Positions 18,168 through 27,517 of a stretch of DNA of 64,000 nt are shown one piece after another (within the stretch, counting starts at the first letter, position 1; each line of letters opens with the position of its first letter). The notes below the pieces were generated by a model, which worked only from the letters and a program-made list of their open reading frames with translations, was not told the DNA's origin and did not search any database. The stretch comes from an uncultured Acidobacteriota bacterium (lineage in GTDB: Bacteria; Acidobacteriota; UBA6911). The stretch covers positions 192,001 through 256,000 of the forward strand of contig CAWJKZ010000017.1 of NCBI GenBank assembly GCA_963843575.1, read 5' to 3'. The position numbers and the translations under genes are program-made.

Positions 18168-20522
18168 TTAATCGAACTTGACGGACCAAGAGACCGGCGC
18201 GGCCTGCCCCTCAAAGGTCGCCTTCAGAAGATCATCCCGGAGCGATTGTTCCACCCGAAGCGATTTCCCTCCGGACTCCGCCTTCAGGCTGGCCGGGCGA
18301 GGCACTTGGAACCAGAGCGTATACGGCTCCCCGGCCACGCCCTGCGACACCCCGGCAAGGTCCTTGCCGTCCCGGCCGGCTCCCAGGCTCAGGATGGAGA
18401 AGGCTCCGGTGATGTGCCGTGAAGTCCCGAGGTATTGCGGGCCGACCTGGCGCGGGTGGATCAGTAGAACCCGGGTCTCGTGCGGCGCGATCTCCAACAC
18501 GACGGTAGGCTCACCCGCAGCGTTCTTGCCAACCGGTACCATCGCTTCTCTCCAGAAGTCGAAGGCAGCGAGCTGCGCCCCGCTTGGCAGTCCCAGTTTC
18601 CTGGCCAGCGAAATCTCCCGGGTCACGGGCATGCTCGACCAGTTGGTGAAGCCTGCGACATCGTACTCGCCGGAGGGTCCGGCTACCTTCAGATCCAGGA
18701 TTTCCGGGTAGTTGTGGATGTAGCGATCGGGCGTGGTGGTCTTGAACTTCGACCAGTTCATGTCGGTGCCACGGCTGAAGAGATCCGACGGGAAAATGGG
18801 CAGCGTCGGCAGCGTGGCCTTCAGCAGCTTCACTCGTTCTTCGGGCAGTTCCGGAAGCACGCTCGCCAGGGAGTAGACGACCCCTGTCAGGGACGCGTAG
18901 GTCACGAGGGTTCTCGCCTCGTGCAGGGTCGTCCCAAAACCCATCATGGGCGATTCCCTGGACTTGGCGACCGAGACGACCGAGGGGGATCCCTTCGCCG
19001 CGGCTTCCGCGACGGTCACGGGAGGGGCCACGTCGATCCCCTCGCCCGGCATGACATACACGAGGATGTGGTTGAGGAACGCATTCGCGTTTATCGAGCT
19101 GAAAAACGCATACATCCCCTGCCAACTGTTGTAGACGTCGTCCCCCGTAAAATAGGAGTTGAAATAGCCGACGCCGTTGAGAGGGGTCCCGGCCGGGCAT
19201 CCCTCTATGAAAGTGTGCGGGCCGACGGCCTCGCGGATCACCTCGAGGCGTTTCCGGTATTGCACGAGCGGGTCCGTCTTGCTGTCGTACACCTTGTCGA
19301 GGTCCACGTTCGGCACGTACTTTGGCAGCGCGTGCTCGCCGTCGAACTTGTAGTACTCGAATCCCCATTCGCCCAAGGTCTTGAACAGCTTCCCGAGAAA
19401 CTGCAGCACTTCGGGATTGGAGGAGTCGAGCGCGGGAGTCCTGTAGTCACGAACGAGCTCGCCGTTACGGTAGCGCAGGTACCACTCCGGGTGGGTCTTG
19501 AGCGCGCCCGCGTATGCATTGGGCACCAGCCAGATCCCTGCGCGCAGCCCCTTGGACTTTATGAAACCGGTCAGCCATGCGGGGCCGTGCGGGAACTTCG
19601 CCTGGTTCCAGTTTTCGATCCAGTAGTGTTCGCCCGCGGGCCCGCGGTCGTAGCCGTCGTCGAGCTGAACGTATTGGAAGCCGTGGTCCTTCAGGTTGCG
19701 CGCGAGCCACTCGGTGTTCCGCACGATGTCGTCTTCCGTGATTTCGGCATAATAGCCTGTCCAGCTGCACCATACGCTCGGGGCGGACCGGAAGTAGCTG
19801 TCGTCGTACCGCACGTGGTAGGGCGCGCCGAGCACTTTCGTATAGTAGTCGGGGAGCAGCCGCACCAAGGCGTTGCCGGCGACGGGCAGGACGAGTTCGA
19901 GCGAGTCGCGCCCACCGCGTTTCATGCCGGTGTTTTGCGGGAAATCGACTGCGTTGTCGGTACTCCTGTCGTACAGGCTGTGGAAATTCAGGCCGGAGGT
20001 CGGCCCCAGGCTGAAGTACATGCACTCCGGGTTGACCGGGGCCAGGTAGGACCGGTTCGCCGTCTCGTTCCCCCCGAACGAGCTCCTGACCTCGGCCGTG
20101 CCGAGCCATTCCACCGGGGCTCCGGCCGGGTCCATCAGCCGGACCACCATCCGGTCCGGGCCCGCCGGGACAATGCCGGTCATGACGCCGGCAGAGCGGT
20201 TGCACGAGATGCGCAGCACGTTGTCTTGCGGCTCGAAGAGCCAGGCGGTCGGGGGTGAATCGGAGAACAGGGTCAACTTGCCTTCTCCCGCTTGCGCCGC
20301 CGACCAGGACGCGAGCGGTTCTACGCGCCCGCGTTCGAGGAGGCCGGGCCGCAGATCCCGCATCAGCGGTCCCAGGCGGGCGTGCTGCACCTGGATCGTC
20401 CCTTGCCGGGGCTGGGCGGAGATGGTCCAGCCGTGGGCGCCGGCTGTGATCGTTTGGGCCCCGGCCGCGGCTGGGACTAGGAGCAGGGCCAACATACAGT
20501 ACAGGACGGGTCGGGCCGACAT
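18168..20522 (-). CDS. Alpha-galactosidase-like glycoside hydrolase (GH27/GH36 clan D)
   Basis: WCSW, YVQLDDGY, KFPHG, YYKFD (nucleophile) and TGDD motifs; signal peptide. Confidence 0.82.
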   Translation of the reverse strand: MSARPVLYCMLALLLVPAAAGAQTITAGAHGWTISAQPRQGTIQVQHARLGPLMRDLRPGLLERGRVEPLASWSAAQAGEGKLTLFSDSPPTAWLFEPQDNVLRISCNRSAGVMTGIVPAGPDRMVVRLMDPAGAPVEWLGTAEVRSSFGGNETANRSYLAPVNPECMYFSLGPTSGLNFHSLYDRSTDNAVDFPQNTGMKRGGRDSLELVLPVAGNALVRLLPDYYTKVLGAPYHVRYDDSYFRSAPSVWCSWTGYYAEITEDDIVRNTEWLARNLKDHGFQYVQLDDGYDRGPAGEHYWIENWNQAKFPHGPAWLTGFIKSKGLRAGIWLVPNAYAGALKTHPEWYLRYRNGELVRDYRTPALDSSNPEVLQFLGKLFKTLGEWGFEYYKFDGEHALPKYVPNVDLDKVYDSKTDPLVQYRKRLEVIREAVGPHTFIEGCPAGTPLNGVGYFNSYFTGDDVYNSWQGMYAFFSSINANAFLNHILVYVMPGEGIDVAPPVTVAEAAAKGSPSVVSVAKSRESPMMGFGTTLHEARTLVTYASLTGVVYSLASVLPELPEERVKLLKATLPTLPIFPSDLFSRGTDMNWSKFKTTTPDRYIHNYPEILDLKVAGPSGEYDVAGFTNWSSMPVTREISLARKLGLPSGAQLAAFDFWREAMVPVGKNAAGEPTVVLEIAPHETRVLLIHPRQVGPQYLGTSRHITGAFSILSLGAGRDGKDLAGVSQGVAGEPYTLWFQVPRPASLKAESGGKSLRVEQSLRDDLLKATFEGQAAPVSWSVKFD

Positions 20523-20661
20523 GTTCCCTCCTCGCGGGATTCGCACCCCAGTGTAAAGCAGAGTCGCGCCGGAAAAAACAGTCGTTACAATCAGCGCGTT
20601 TTCAGCGTCTCTGCGGTGAGATAATAGTTTCCCCAATCCCTGTGTCGTCCGTGGGTGAGCC

Positions 20662-22860
20662 GTGAGTCCAGATCAGTGGTTCGAGATAGCCCGGAACATT
20701 CCCCTGCTGCGCGAGATCAACGCCCCGGCGTTTGAGATTCTGCGCAGGGAGGCCTCTTCCATTTCTCTCGGCGCCGGACAACTGCTGTATCGCGTCGGCG
20801 ACCCGGCAGACTCGCTGTACGTCGTGCTCGACGGCCGGGTGAGGGTCGAAGTACCGATGGCGGATCCCGATGGAACCGAAGTCCTGGCCGAGCTCGAACC
20901 TGCCGAGGTCATCGGCGAACTCGCGCTGCTCCGGGGAAAGCCGCGCTCGGCCCAAGTCCGCGCGGTGCAGGAGGCCAACCTCGTCCGGATACGCAAGGCC
21001 ACGCTGGACCGCATGCTGGCACAGGACGCGGAGTTCGGTAAAAAGCTCGAGGGGATGGCGGCGCGGCGCATGGCCGGCGTCCAGATCGCGTCGGTTCATC
21101 TGCTGGCCGGCACGGAACGGGCCTTCGGCCCTTCGGCGGATCTCGAGTCGAACTGGCTGAGGCTTGGCGCGGGCGAGACTCTCGTCCGGCAGGGGGATCC
21201 TCCCGATTTTCTTTACGTGTCCGTCAGCGGGCGGCTCGAGGTCGTCCGGGAACGTCCCGGACAGGAGGACGAGGTCCTGGACCTGCTTCCTCCGGGAGCG
21301 ATCCTGGGGGAGCTGGCACTGCTCGCCGGCGATCCGCACCCGGCGACGGTGCGCGCCGTGCGCCGTTCGGAAGTCGTGCGGGTCTCGCGGGCCCAGTATC
21401 TGTCAGTGCTGGAGAAGCAGCCGGAGGCGGCCCAGCAGATCTTCCGGAGGCTGGCCCCACGGCTCCTCCCGCAAGCCGCCCCCAGGGCGCGGGGCCGGAC
21501 CAACATTTGCGTGATCGCGTGCGTGCCCGCGCGCCGGGGAAAAGCGTACGAGCGTTTTGTCGCCATGTTCGCGGAATCGCTGTCCCGTTTCGGGGCGACT
21601 TCCGTTTTGGGCGGCCGCTGGCTGGAGCAGCGGAGCGCCGACCTGTCCGATGGCTCCCGGTCCGAACGCCGGCTGGCCGAGTGGATCCAGGAACTCGAGA
21701 ACAAAAATCGTTACGTCGTGGTCGATTGCGGCACGCCCCACGCCAGCTGGAACAAAACCTGCCTGATGCAGGCCGATGTTATCCTTGTGGTAACGGACGC
21801 GGACGACGACCCGGAACCGGAAGAGCTCGAACAATCCCTGTACTCAGGCGAACTCGCGCCCAGGACTCGCCGCGAGCTCGTGCTGCTGCACTCGGGCCGC
21901 AGCCGGCTCCCGGACGATACGCGACGCCGGCTGGCCGCCCGGCCGGTGAGCGCCCACCACCACCTGGCGGCAGGGGATACGGCCGACGCCGGCCGTCTGG
22001 CGCGCGTCGTGACCGGTAACTCGGTCGGCGTCGTGCTGGGCGGAGGCGGCGCCCGGGGATATGCACAAATAGGCGTGCTCAAGGCGATGTGCGAGCTGGG
22101 CATCCCCGTGGACGCCTGCGGGGGCACCAGCTTCGGCGCCCTGATCGCCGCCCAGGTGGCCATGGGCCGGGACCTGGAGAGGATCGTCGAGGTCTTCGGC
22201 GGCCCCTCGTCGAAGGGCCTTCCGGGGCGCGGAATCCTGCGCAACCTGACCCCGCCATTTGCCTCGTTCGCCTCCGGCCGCGGCTACGTGCGGGCGCTGA
22301 AATCGTGGTTCGGCGAATCGGACATCGAGGATCTCTGGCTTCCCTTTTTCAGCGTCTCCGCCAGCCTCACCACACGGCGACCGATAATCGCTGACCAGGG
22401 CCCTCTCTGGCTGGCATTGCGCAGCACAAGCTCCCTCGCCGGGATCCTGCCGCCCGTGCGCGCGGGCGGCGAGCTGCTGGTCGATGGCTCCGTCCTGGAC
22501 AACTTGCCCGCCGGCATAATGAAGGCCCGCTGCGGCGGGCACGTGATTGCAGTGGACGCCGGCCATGCCGCCCCATGCGAGGGGGGAAGCTGGCGGGAAC
22601 CCCGGGCAGTGACCTCGGGCTGGAACCTGCTCTGGAGACGCTCACTGCGGCGCCCCGAGCCGGTGCCGGGCTTTCTTGAGACGCTGTGGAGCAGCTCCAC
22701 GATGGCAGGTGCCCGCGGCGATGCGGACGTCTATCTCCTCCCGCCTGCCGCGCACATCGGGACCTTCGAATGGAAGCGCGCCCGGGAAGGGGTCGAGATC
22801 GGGTACCGCTACGCCCTCGAGAAGCTCGCCGAGCGGCAGGAGTTGCCCCGCATCCGCTGA
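20662..22860 (+). CDS. cNMP-binding (x2) patatin-like phospholipase (NTE/RssA family)
   Basis: Two GE.ALL cNMP domains; GGGGARG, GTSFG and DGS patatin motifs. Confidence 0.9.
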   Translation: MSPDQWFEIARNIPLLREINAPAFEILRREASSISLGAGQLLYRVGDPADSLYVVLDGRVRVEVPMADPDGTEVLAELEPAEVIGELALLRGKPRSAQVRAVQEANLVRIRKATLDRMLAQDAEFGKKLEGMAARRMAGVQIASVHLLAGTERAFGPSADLESNWLRLGAGETLVRQGDPPDFLYVSVSGRLEVVRERPGQEDEVLDLLPPGAILGELALLAGDPHPATVRAVRRSEVVRVSRAQYLSVLEKQPEAAQQIFRRLAPRLLPQAAPRARGRTNICVIACVPARRGKAYERFVAMFAESLSRFGATSVLGGRWLEQRSADLSDGSRSERRLAEWIQELENKNRYVVVDCGTPHASWNKTCLMQADVILVVTDADDDPEPEELEQSLYSGELAPRTRRELVLLHSGRSRLPDDTRRRLAARPVSAHHHLAAGDTADAGRLARVVTGNSVGVVLGGGGARGYAQIGVLKAMCELGIPVDACGGTSFGALIAAQVAMGRDLERIVEVFGGPSSKGLPGRGILRNLTPPFASFASGRGYVRALKSWFGESDIEDLWLPFFSVSASLTTRRPIIADQGPLWLALRSTSSLAGILPPVRAGGELLVDGSVLDNLPAGIMKARCGGHVIAVDAGHAAPCEGGSWREPRAVTSGWNLLWRRSLRRPEPVPGFLETLWSSSTMAGARGDADVYLLPPAAHIGTFEWKRAREGVEIGYRYALEKLAERQELPRIR

Positions 22861-22946
22861 CATTGCGGGGTCCGGAGGCTCGTGGTGGGCTGAAACAAAG
22901 ACCTGCCACCCAACACACTGAAGGCGACCTGCAAACTCAACCTGCG

Positions 22947-22970
22947 GCGGCGTCGAGCCGCCGCACTCCA
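22947..22970 (+). repeat. REP-like palindrome, family B
   Basis: GCGGCG-TCGAGC-CGCCGC-ACTCCA. Confidence 0.65.
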
Positions 22971-23079
22971 CAAGAATGCGGTTCAAACAGGATGGGACAC
23001 CGAAGGACGCTACCTGTAGGATTCCGCGATTTCCGCGTCCTCCGCGGCTGTCTTTCGAAGTTGGTCCCGGCATGAGCGA

Positions 23080-23105
23080 AAAGCGGCGCCGAGGCGCCGC
23101 ACTCC
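23080..23105 (+). repeat. REP-like palindrome, family B
   Basis: AAAGCGGCG-CCGAGG-CGCCGC-ACTCC, immediately beyond the M14 stop codon. Confidence 0.65.
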
Positions 23106-23106
23106 G

Positions 23107-25695
23107 TCACTTTTCGATCAGCGCGTTGAATAGGAGCTTGAATGTGCCATGAGTCTGGGCGCGATGCTGGGTGCGGAACCCGATGAGGATCACTCTCCCG
23201 TCCCCCTGCCTGACCGAAACCATGGCGGCTTTCTTCGCAAGGTTCGGCTCGCCGACCAGCCAGCCGCTCTCGAGCACGTTGCGGTCCGCATAGATCACCG
23301 GGGCCTCGCAGCGCTCGTTGTGATCGCCGGGCGTGATCTCGAAAACCGGGCTGTTGAAGAACAGCACGAGACCCCGCTCCGGCATGCCATAGGCGAGAGG
23401 GTTGCCGTTGTCGAAGGTCGCGCGCAGCGTCGAACCCGGGCAGAAGAACTCTCTCGCGGGCTTCCCGGCCACGGCGTTCCTGACCGGTACACCGAGCTTC
23501 TCGATCACGAAGGTGGACGCCCCGCCGAGCGTCACAAGGGTCCCCCCCTTGCTCACGAAAGTCTTCAGCGCGTCGATCCCCTCGTTGCCGATCCCGCTCC
23601 TGTATTCCGGCGGGATCGACTCCACGGAGCGGCTGCGTTCGCCGGTGCGGTCTCCTGTGATGGCCGCGGTCGAATCATCGGGCAGGATGATGACGTCGAA
23701 CCGATCGGTGAGCGCACCCTTCTTGATTTCGGCATCCATGATGCTGGCGTACGGGAACGAAAACTGTTCGAGCAGCAGACGCGTCCAGCCCTCGTCGGCG
23801 TTTCCTCCCCCGTAGCGCTGGTACATCCCCACCCGCAACCGTTTCAGTGCGTGAGTTCCCTGGTCCGCGTCGCCGGCAAAAGCACGGAACTCGACGCCGG
23901 TCTCCCGGGCGATGTCGGACAGCAGCGTCCGCTCGGCCCCGGGCAAGACGAAGTCCCCAGCGCGCAGACCGCCCGGCGGCCGGTCCAGGCGCCGCACCGG
24001 GATCCCTTTGTCGAGGAGGAGGTTTACGGCCTTGAAGCTGTCGTTGAGACGCCCATCCAGGCTGTAACCGGACGCGGCCGCGGCCGCTCTGCCTGACGCC
24101 TGGACGGGGCCGGTGAATCTCGGCAGGTCGCCCGCGGGCATATCCTCGATCGGGTCCACCCGGACTCCCATGAATTCAAACATCGTGTCTGTCGCCATGT
24201 CGTAGGGGCGGATGGGCGATCCCTCCCGGTCGCGGGTGTAGGAGTTGTCCGGATAGAATGTCCTCCCCAGCAGGTAGCGGATGACCCCCATCTTCGGCTG
24301 CGCCAGGGGGACGACGTACGAACCGGCCGCGTAGGTCATGCCCGCCGCCGTCGTGAAGGGAGCGGCCGCCCGCCGGATGTCAATGCCCTGGAGCAGGAGT
24401 TTTTCGATCATCTTGGCCGCCGTCGACGGGTCGTGTTGCGGGGCTGGGACCACGTAGGCGACGGGCTTCCCGAGCGCCCCGCGCTCCGTCTGCCTGAGGG
24501 CTTTGAGATAGGCGTTCCACAAGACCGTCTCCTTGTTGCGCGCCGCCAGATCGAGCATCGCCCATGCCGATACCTTCTGCCGCTCCAGGATGTCGCGCAA
24601 CCTCCACCAGCCCCCGGGCCAGGGGGAGGGAAACGTCGTCTGTTCCACGTACTCGGGGAGGCCGCGGGTGTCCCCTCTCAACTGGTCCGGGTGGATAAAG
24701 ATGGGGCTGGCAAGCTTGGCACTCGCCGATTCGGTCAGCATCCCCGCGATGTTGTGGAAGGGGGTGATCCAGTGGAAGCCGAAATGGCCCCAACCGGAGT
24801 ACTGCGCCATGTTGAGCACGCCCGACAGACCCGCTTCCTCCTCCTTGTAGGCGATGTGGGCGCCGTACCAGCTGTGCTCGCGCCACACCAGCGGGTCGGC
24901 GTACGGACGCACCGGCTCCGCATAAGGGGGGACGTAAATGCGGGCCCCGTAGCTGCCCATGTGGTGGTGGTCGACATAGGCCTGCGGGATCCAATCGGTA
25001 AACAGGATCCTGGCCATGTACCTCGACTCCACCAGGTTGGTCTGGAACGCATCCCGGTTGTTGTCGTGGCCGGCATACTTGTGATAAAGCCACGGCAGTC
25101 CTGCCCCCTCATACTCGGTTCCGAGCGTTTTCTGGTACCAGTCGGCCACCATGATCGCCCCGTCCGGGTTGAATGACGGGATCAGCAGGAAGATGACGTT
25201 GTCCAGGATCGTCCTGGTCTCGGGGTCGCCCCTCGACACCAGATCGTACGCCAGCTCCGGGGCCATCTGGGTGCCGCCGATTTCGCTCGCGTGCAGGCTC
25301 ATCGACTGGCACACGACCGCCTTCCCTTCCGCAACCAGCGTCTTGACCTCCGCTTCCGACAGCCCCCGTGGATCGCTGATCTTCAGGTTCACCTGCCTCA
25401 GACGCTCCAGCTTGCCGAGGTTCGCAGGGGAAGAAACGACCGCCAGGAGAAACGGATTGCCCATGGTGGTTGGTCCCATCTCCACCACCTTCAGTTTTCC
25501 CGCCGCTTCCTTTTCCAGGACCCTGAAATAGTCCACGATCCTGTCCCAGCGGGCGATCTTCCTGTCGGCGCCGGGCTGGAACCCGAAGAACTTCCCGGGA
25601 GATGTGACGGTCTGGGCGCCGGCAACACGCGCGCCCGTCCAGGCAAGAATCAACGCCAGCAAAACTTCGGTGGTGCGAACGGCTTTACCTCGCAT
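23107..25695 (-). CDS. Large M14 family zinc carboxypeptidase with a C-terminal GATase1-like domain
   Basis: HASE, NPDG, DNNRD, DHHHMG and LTES motifs; signal peptide. Confidence 0.88.
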   Translation of the reverse strand: MRGKAVRTTEVLLALILAWTGARVAGAQTVTSPGKFFGFQPGADRKIARWDRIVDYFRVLEKEAAGKLKVVEMGPTTMGNPFLLAVVSSPANLGKLERLRQVNLKISDPRGLSEAEVKTLVAEGKAVVCQSMSLHASEIGGTQMAPELAYDLVSRGDPETRTILDNVIFLLIPSFNPDGAIMVADWYQKTLGTEYEGAGLPWLYHKYAGHDNNRDAFQTNLVESRYMARILFTDWIPQAYVDHHHMGSYGARIYVPPYAEPVRPYADPLVWREHSWYGAHIAYKEEEAGLSGVLNMAQYSGWGHFGFHWITPFHNIAGMLTESASAKLASPIFIHPDQLRGDTRGLPEYVEQTTFPSPWPGGWWRLRDILERQKVSAWAMLDLAARNKETVLWNAYLKALRQTERGALGKPVAYVVPAPQHDPSTAAKMIEKLLLQGIDIRRAAAPFTTAAGMTYAAGSYVVPLAQPKMGVIRYLLGRTFYPDNSYTRDREGSPIRPYDMATDTMFEFMGVRVDPIEDMPAGDLPRFTGPVQASGRAAAAASGYSLDGRLNDSFKAVNLLLDKGIPVRRLDRPPGGLRAGDFVLPGAERTLLSDIARETGVEFRAFAGDADQGTHALKRLRVGMYQRYGGGNADEGWTRLLLEQFSFPYASIMDAEIKKGALTDRFDVIILPDDSTAAITGDRTGERSRSVESIPPEYRSGIGNEGIDALKTFVSKGGTLVTLGGASTFVIEKLGVPVRNAVAGKPAREFFCPGSTLRATFDNGNPLAYGMPERGLVLFFNSPVFEITPGDHNERCEAPVIYADRNVLESGWLVGEPNLAKKAAMVSVRQGDGRVILIGFRTQHRAQTHGTFKLLFNALIEK

Positions 25696-25943
25696 CGGGG
25701 GGTCCTCCGTCGTCGATGTAGCGCATTTCTATCGCACGACCCCAGTGGCCGGCAAGCAGGAACGCAGCGAGAGAAAAGCTCCCGCGATCTCGCGCTTCGG
25801 ATGGGTCCGCCGAAGTGCGGGAAAACGGGCCCTTCCGTGTCCTCCCTTATTTAGTGTCTTCCGTGACTGGTTTTTTTATCTGTCCTCGCCCTCTCGACAT
25901 GGGTATGCGTCTGGGACCGGGGCGCCGAGCTTCAAGCGAGCGA

Positions 25944-26522
25944 TTACAGGTACCTGCGGACCTGCCTCCGATAGGCATCATATGCGGGGAACCGGGAGAG
26001 GAGGAATTTCTCTTCCGCCCTCGTTATGCGATCGTGCAGGAGTATCGACAGAACCGCAGCCGCCAGGTTCAACCACGAGAACGCATAGACGAGCGAGGCG
26101 CCCAGCAGCAGGAACATCCCCAGGTAGATGGGATTCCGTGAGATCCCGTAGATGCCGGTAGTCACCAGCGACGTGGGATCGTCCGGAAGACCCATCCGCA
26201 AGCTCGCGCCGAGCCGCCGAAAAGCGAGTGCCATGAGCAAGCACCCCGGGGTGAAGAGCGCAAAGAAGACCGCCGCCTGGACGGGCGTGAGGAGGGATCT
26301 GCGGGTGAGCGCCCCCCAGATCAGGCAGAGAAAGGAGACCACCAGCGCGGTCTTGGCCAGGCAGAAGAGGGCCCAATGAATCGGCGGCGATCCGGCAAGA
26401 TTCACAGAGCGGGCGCGGGCCACGAGCAGGGCGAGTTGTACGCCCAGCACCGCGAGGCCCGCGAGGAGCACGACTCGGACCAGGTCGGAGAACAGGTGCA
26501 TAAGGCCTCGAACCGGCAACAT
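25944..26522 (-). CDS. Isoprenylcysteine carboxylmethyltransferase/PEMT family membrane protein
   Basis: LVTTGIYGISRNPIYLG, EEKFL and YDAYRRQVRRYL motifs. Confidence 0.85.
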   Translation of the reverse strand: MLPVRGLMHLFSDLVRVVLLAGLAVLGVQLALLVARARSVNLAGSPPIHWALFCLAKTALVVSFLCLIWGALTRRSLLTPVQAAVFFALFTPGCLLMALAFRRLGASLRMGLPDDPTSLVTTGIYGISRNPIYLGMFLLLGASLVYAFSWLNLAAAVLSILLHDRITRAEEKFLLSRFPAYDAYRRQVRRYL

Positions 26523-26563
26523 TAGACCCTTATTCGCTCAGTTACGTGAATTTGGGTCGAGTG

Positions 26564-26895
26564 AGAAGCAAGAAGCCAGGAGCAGGAAGCCAGAATTCCA
26601 TCAGTTGCTCCTATGCAGCCTGCAGGCCCGCGGCTGCAAGCAGATCAGCCAAAGCTGTGGAGACGCAAGATACCGCTTGTCGATATTGCAGATTCTCTCG
26701 TCTGACAGATTTGCGTTTCCGCTGAGAGGATTTCACAAACCGGCTGTGATATCCATCTCGGAGCTTCGAGAGCTCATAACGAAGTGAACTGAGCTTATGT
26801 CTTGATGAACCCATTGGAAGAAGTGAGCCGACCACTGAACGCTTATGCACGAGCCATTCTGGCTTCCGACTCCTGACTTCAGGCTTCCGTATCCT
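26564..26895 (+). pseudogene. Degenerate four-helix-bundle (23S rRNA IVP/bAvd-like) gene remnant flanked by inverted heptamer arrays
   Basis: Left arm is AGAAGCA AGAAGCC AGGAGCA GGAAGCC AGAATTC; 26856-26880 matches its reverse complement at 22/25. 26802-26876 translates to LMNPLEEVSRPLNAYARAILASDS*. Confidence 0.55.
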
Positions 26896-27517
26896 GGTGC
26901 TTTTTGGCGGGATATCAAGGGCGCAGCCCCTGCCTGGTTTGCTGGAACCCTCGAATCCGCCACCCCACGATACACCTATCGGGCGGGCCCTGAAGTTCAC
27001 TTTCCCAAAGCCGTTGCGGATGCGGTGAAGGCTGTATTTGGTGATCCCAATCACCATTGTGCGCCGATTCCGTTTGTTACACTCGCGTCGTATTTTGAGC
27101 TTGCGCCGGCGCTGTCGCAGTCGGACGGCAGCCGGGTCAACGGTAGTTGAGAGTGCGTAAGCAGCGTTCGACGCATACATCTGCGCGTCCAGTCGCTGCT
27201 ATCTGCGTCACACCCCTGAGGAAGAGGGTTCTGTCCCCTGCTTCTGCGAACCGTCTCCGAATCGCCTTCCTCACAACCGCTGCCGTGAACGAACAAGCCT
27301 CGCACCCGAATGCTTCGGCCTGCACGACAGTGTGCACCTTTGTTGCCGCGGCTCGCGTGGGACCGATCGGCAGGAGGAGGAAACCACACACCAGCAGTTC
27401 ATCAGGCCCGGCGGCCTTCGAGCTTCTGGGAAAGCCCCGCTCCGCTAGCGCGGAGACCATTCCGTCGAGTGTTGCACGTTAGGTCAATCATCGATCTCAC
27501 AACGAGGTGTCCCGCCC

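Noticed and set aside
27004-27060. Resemblance to a c-di-GMP-I riboswitch (CAAAGCCGTT..CGGTGA) upstream of the Fn3/LamG gene
   Set aside because: It lacks the GNRA tetraloop and the GACGCAAA core; an Infernal hit to RF01051 would be needed.
26845-27150. 101-aa ORF in the long intergenic region
   Set aside because: It begins inside the heptamer repeat, has no RBS and no recognisable motif.
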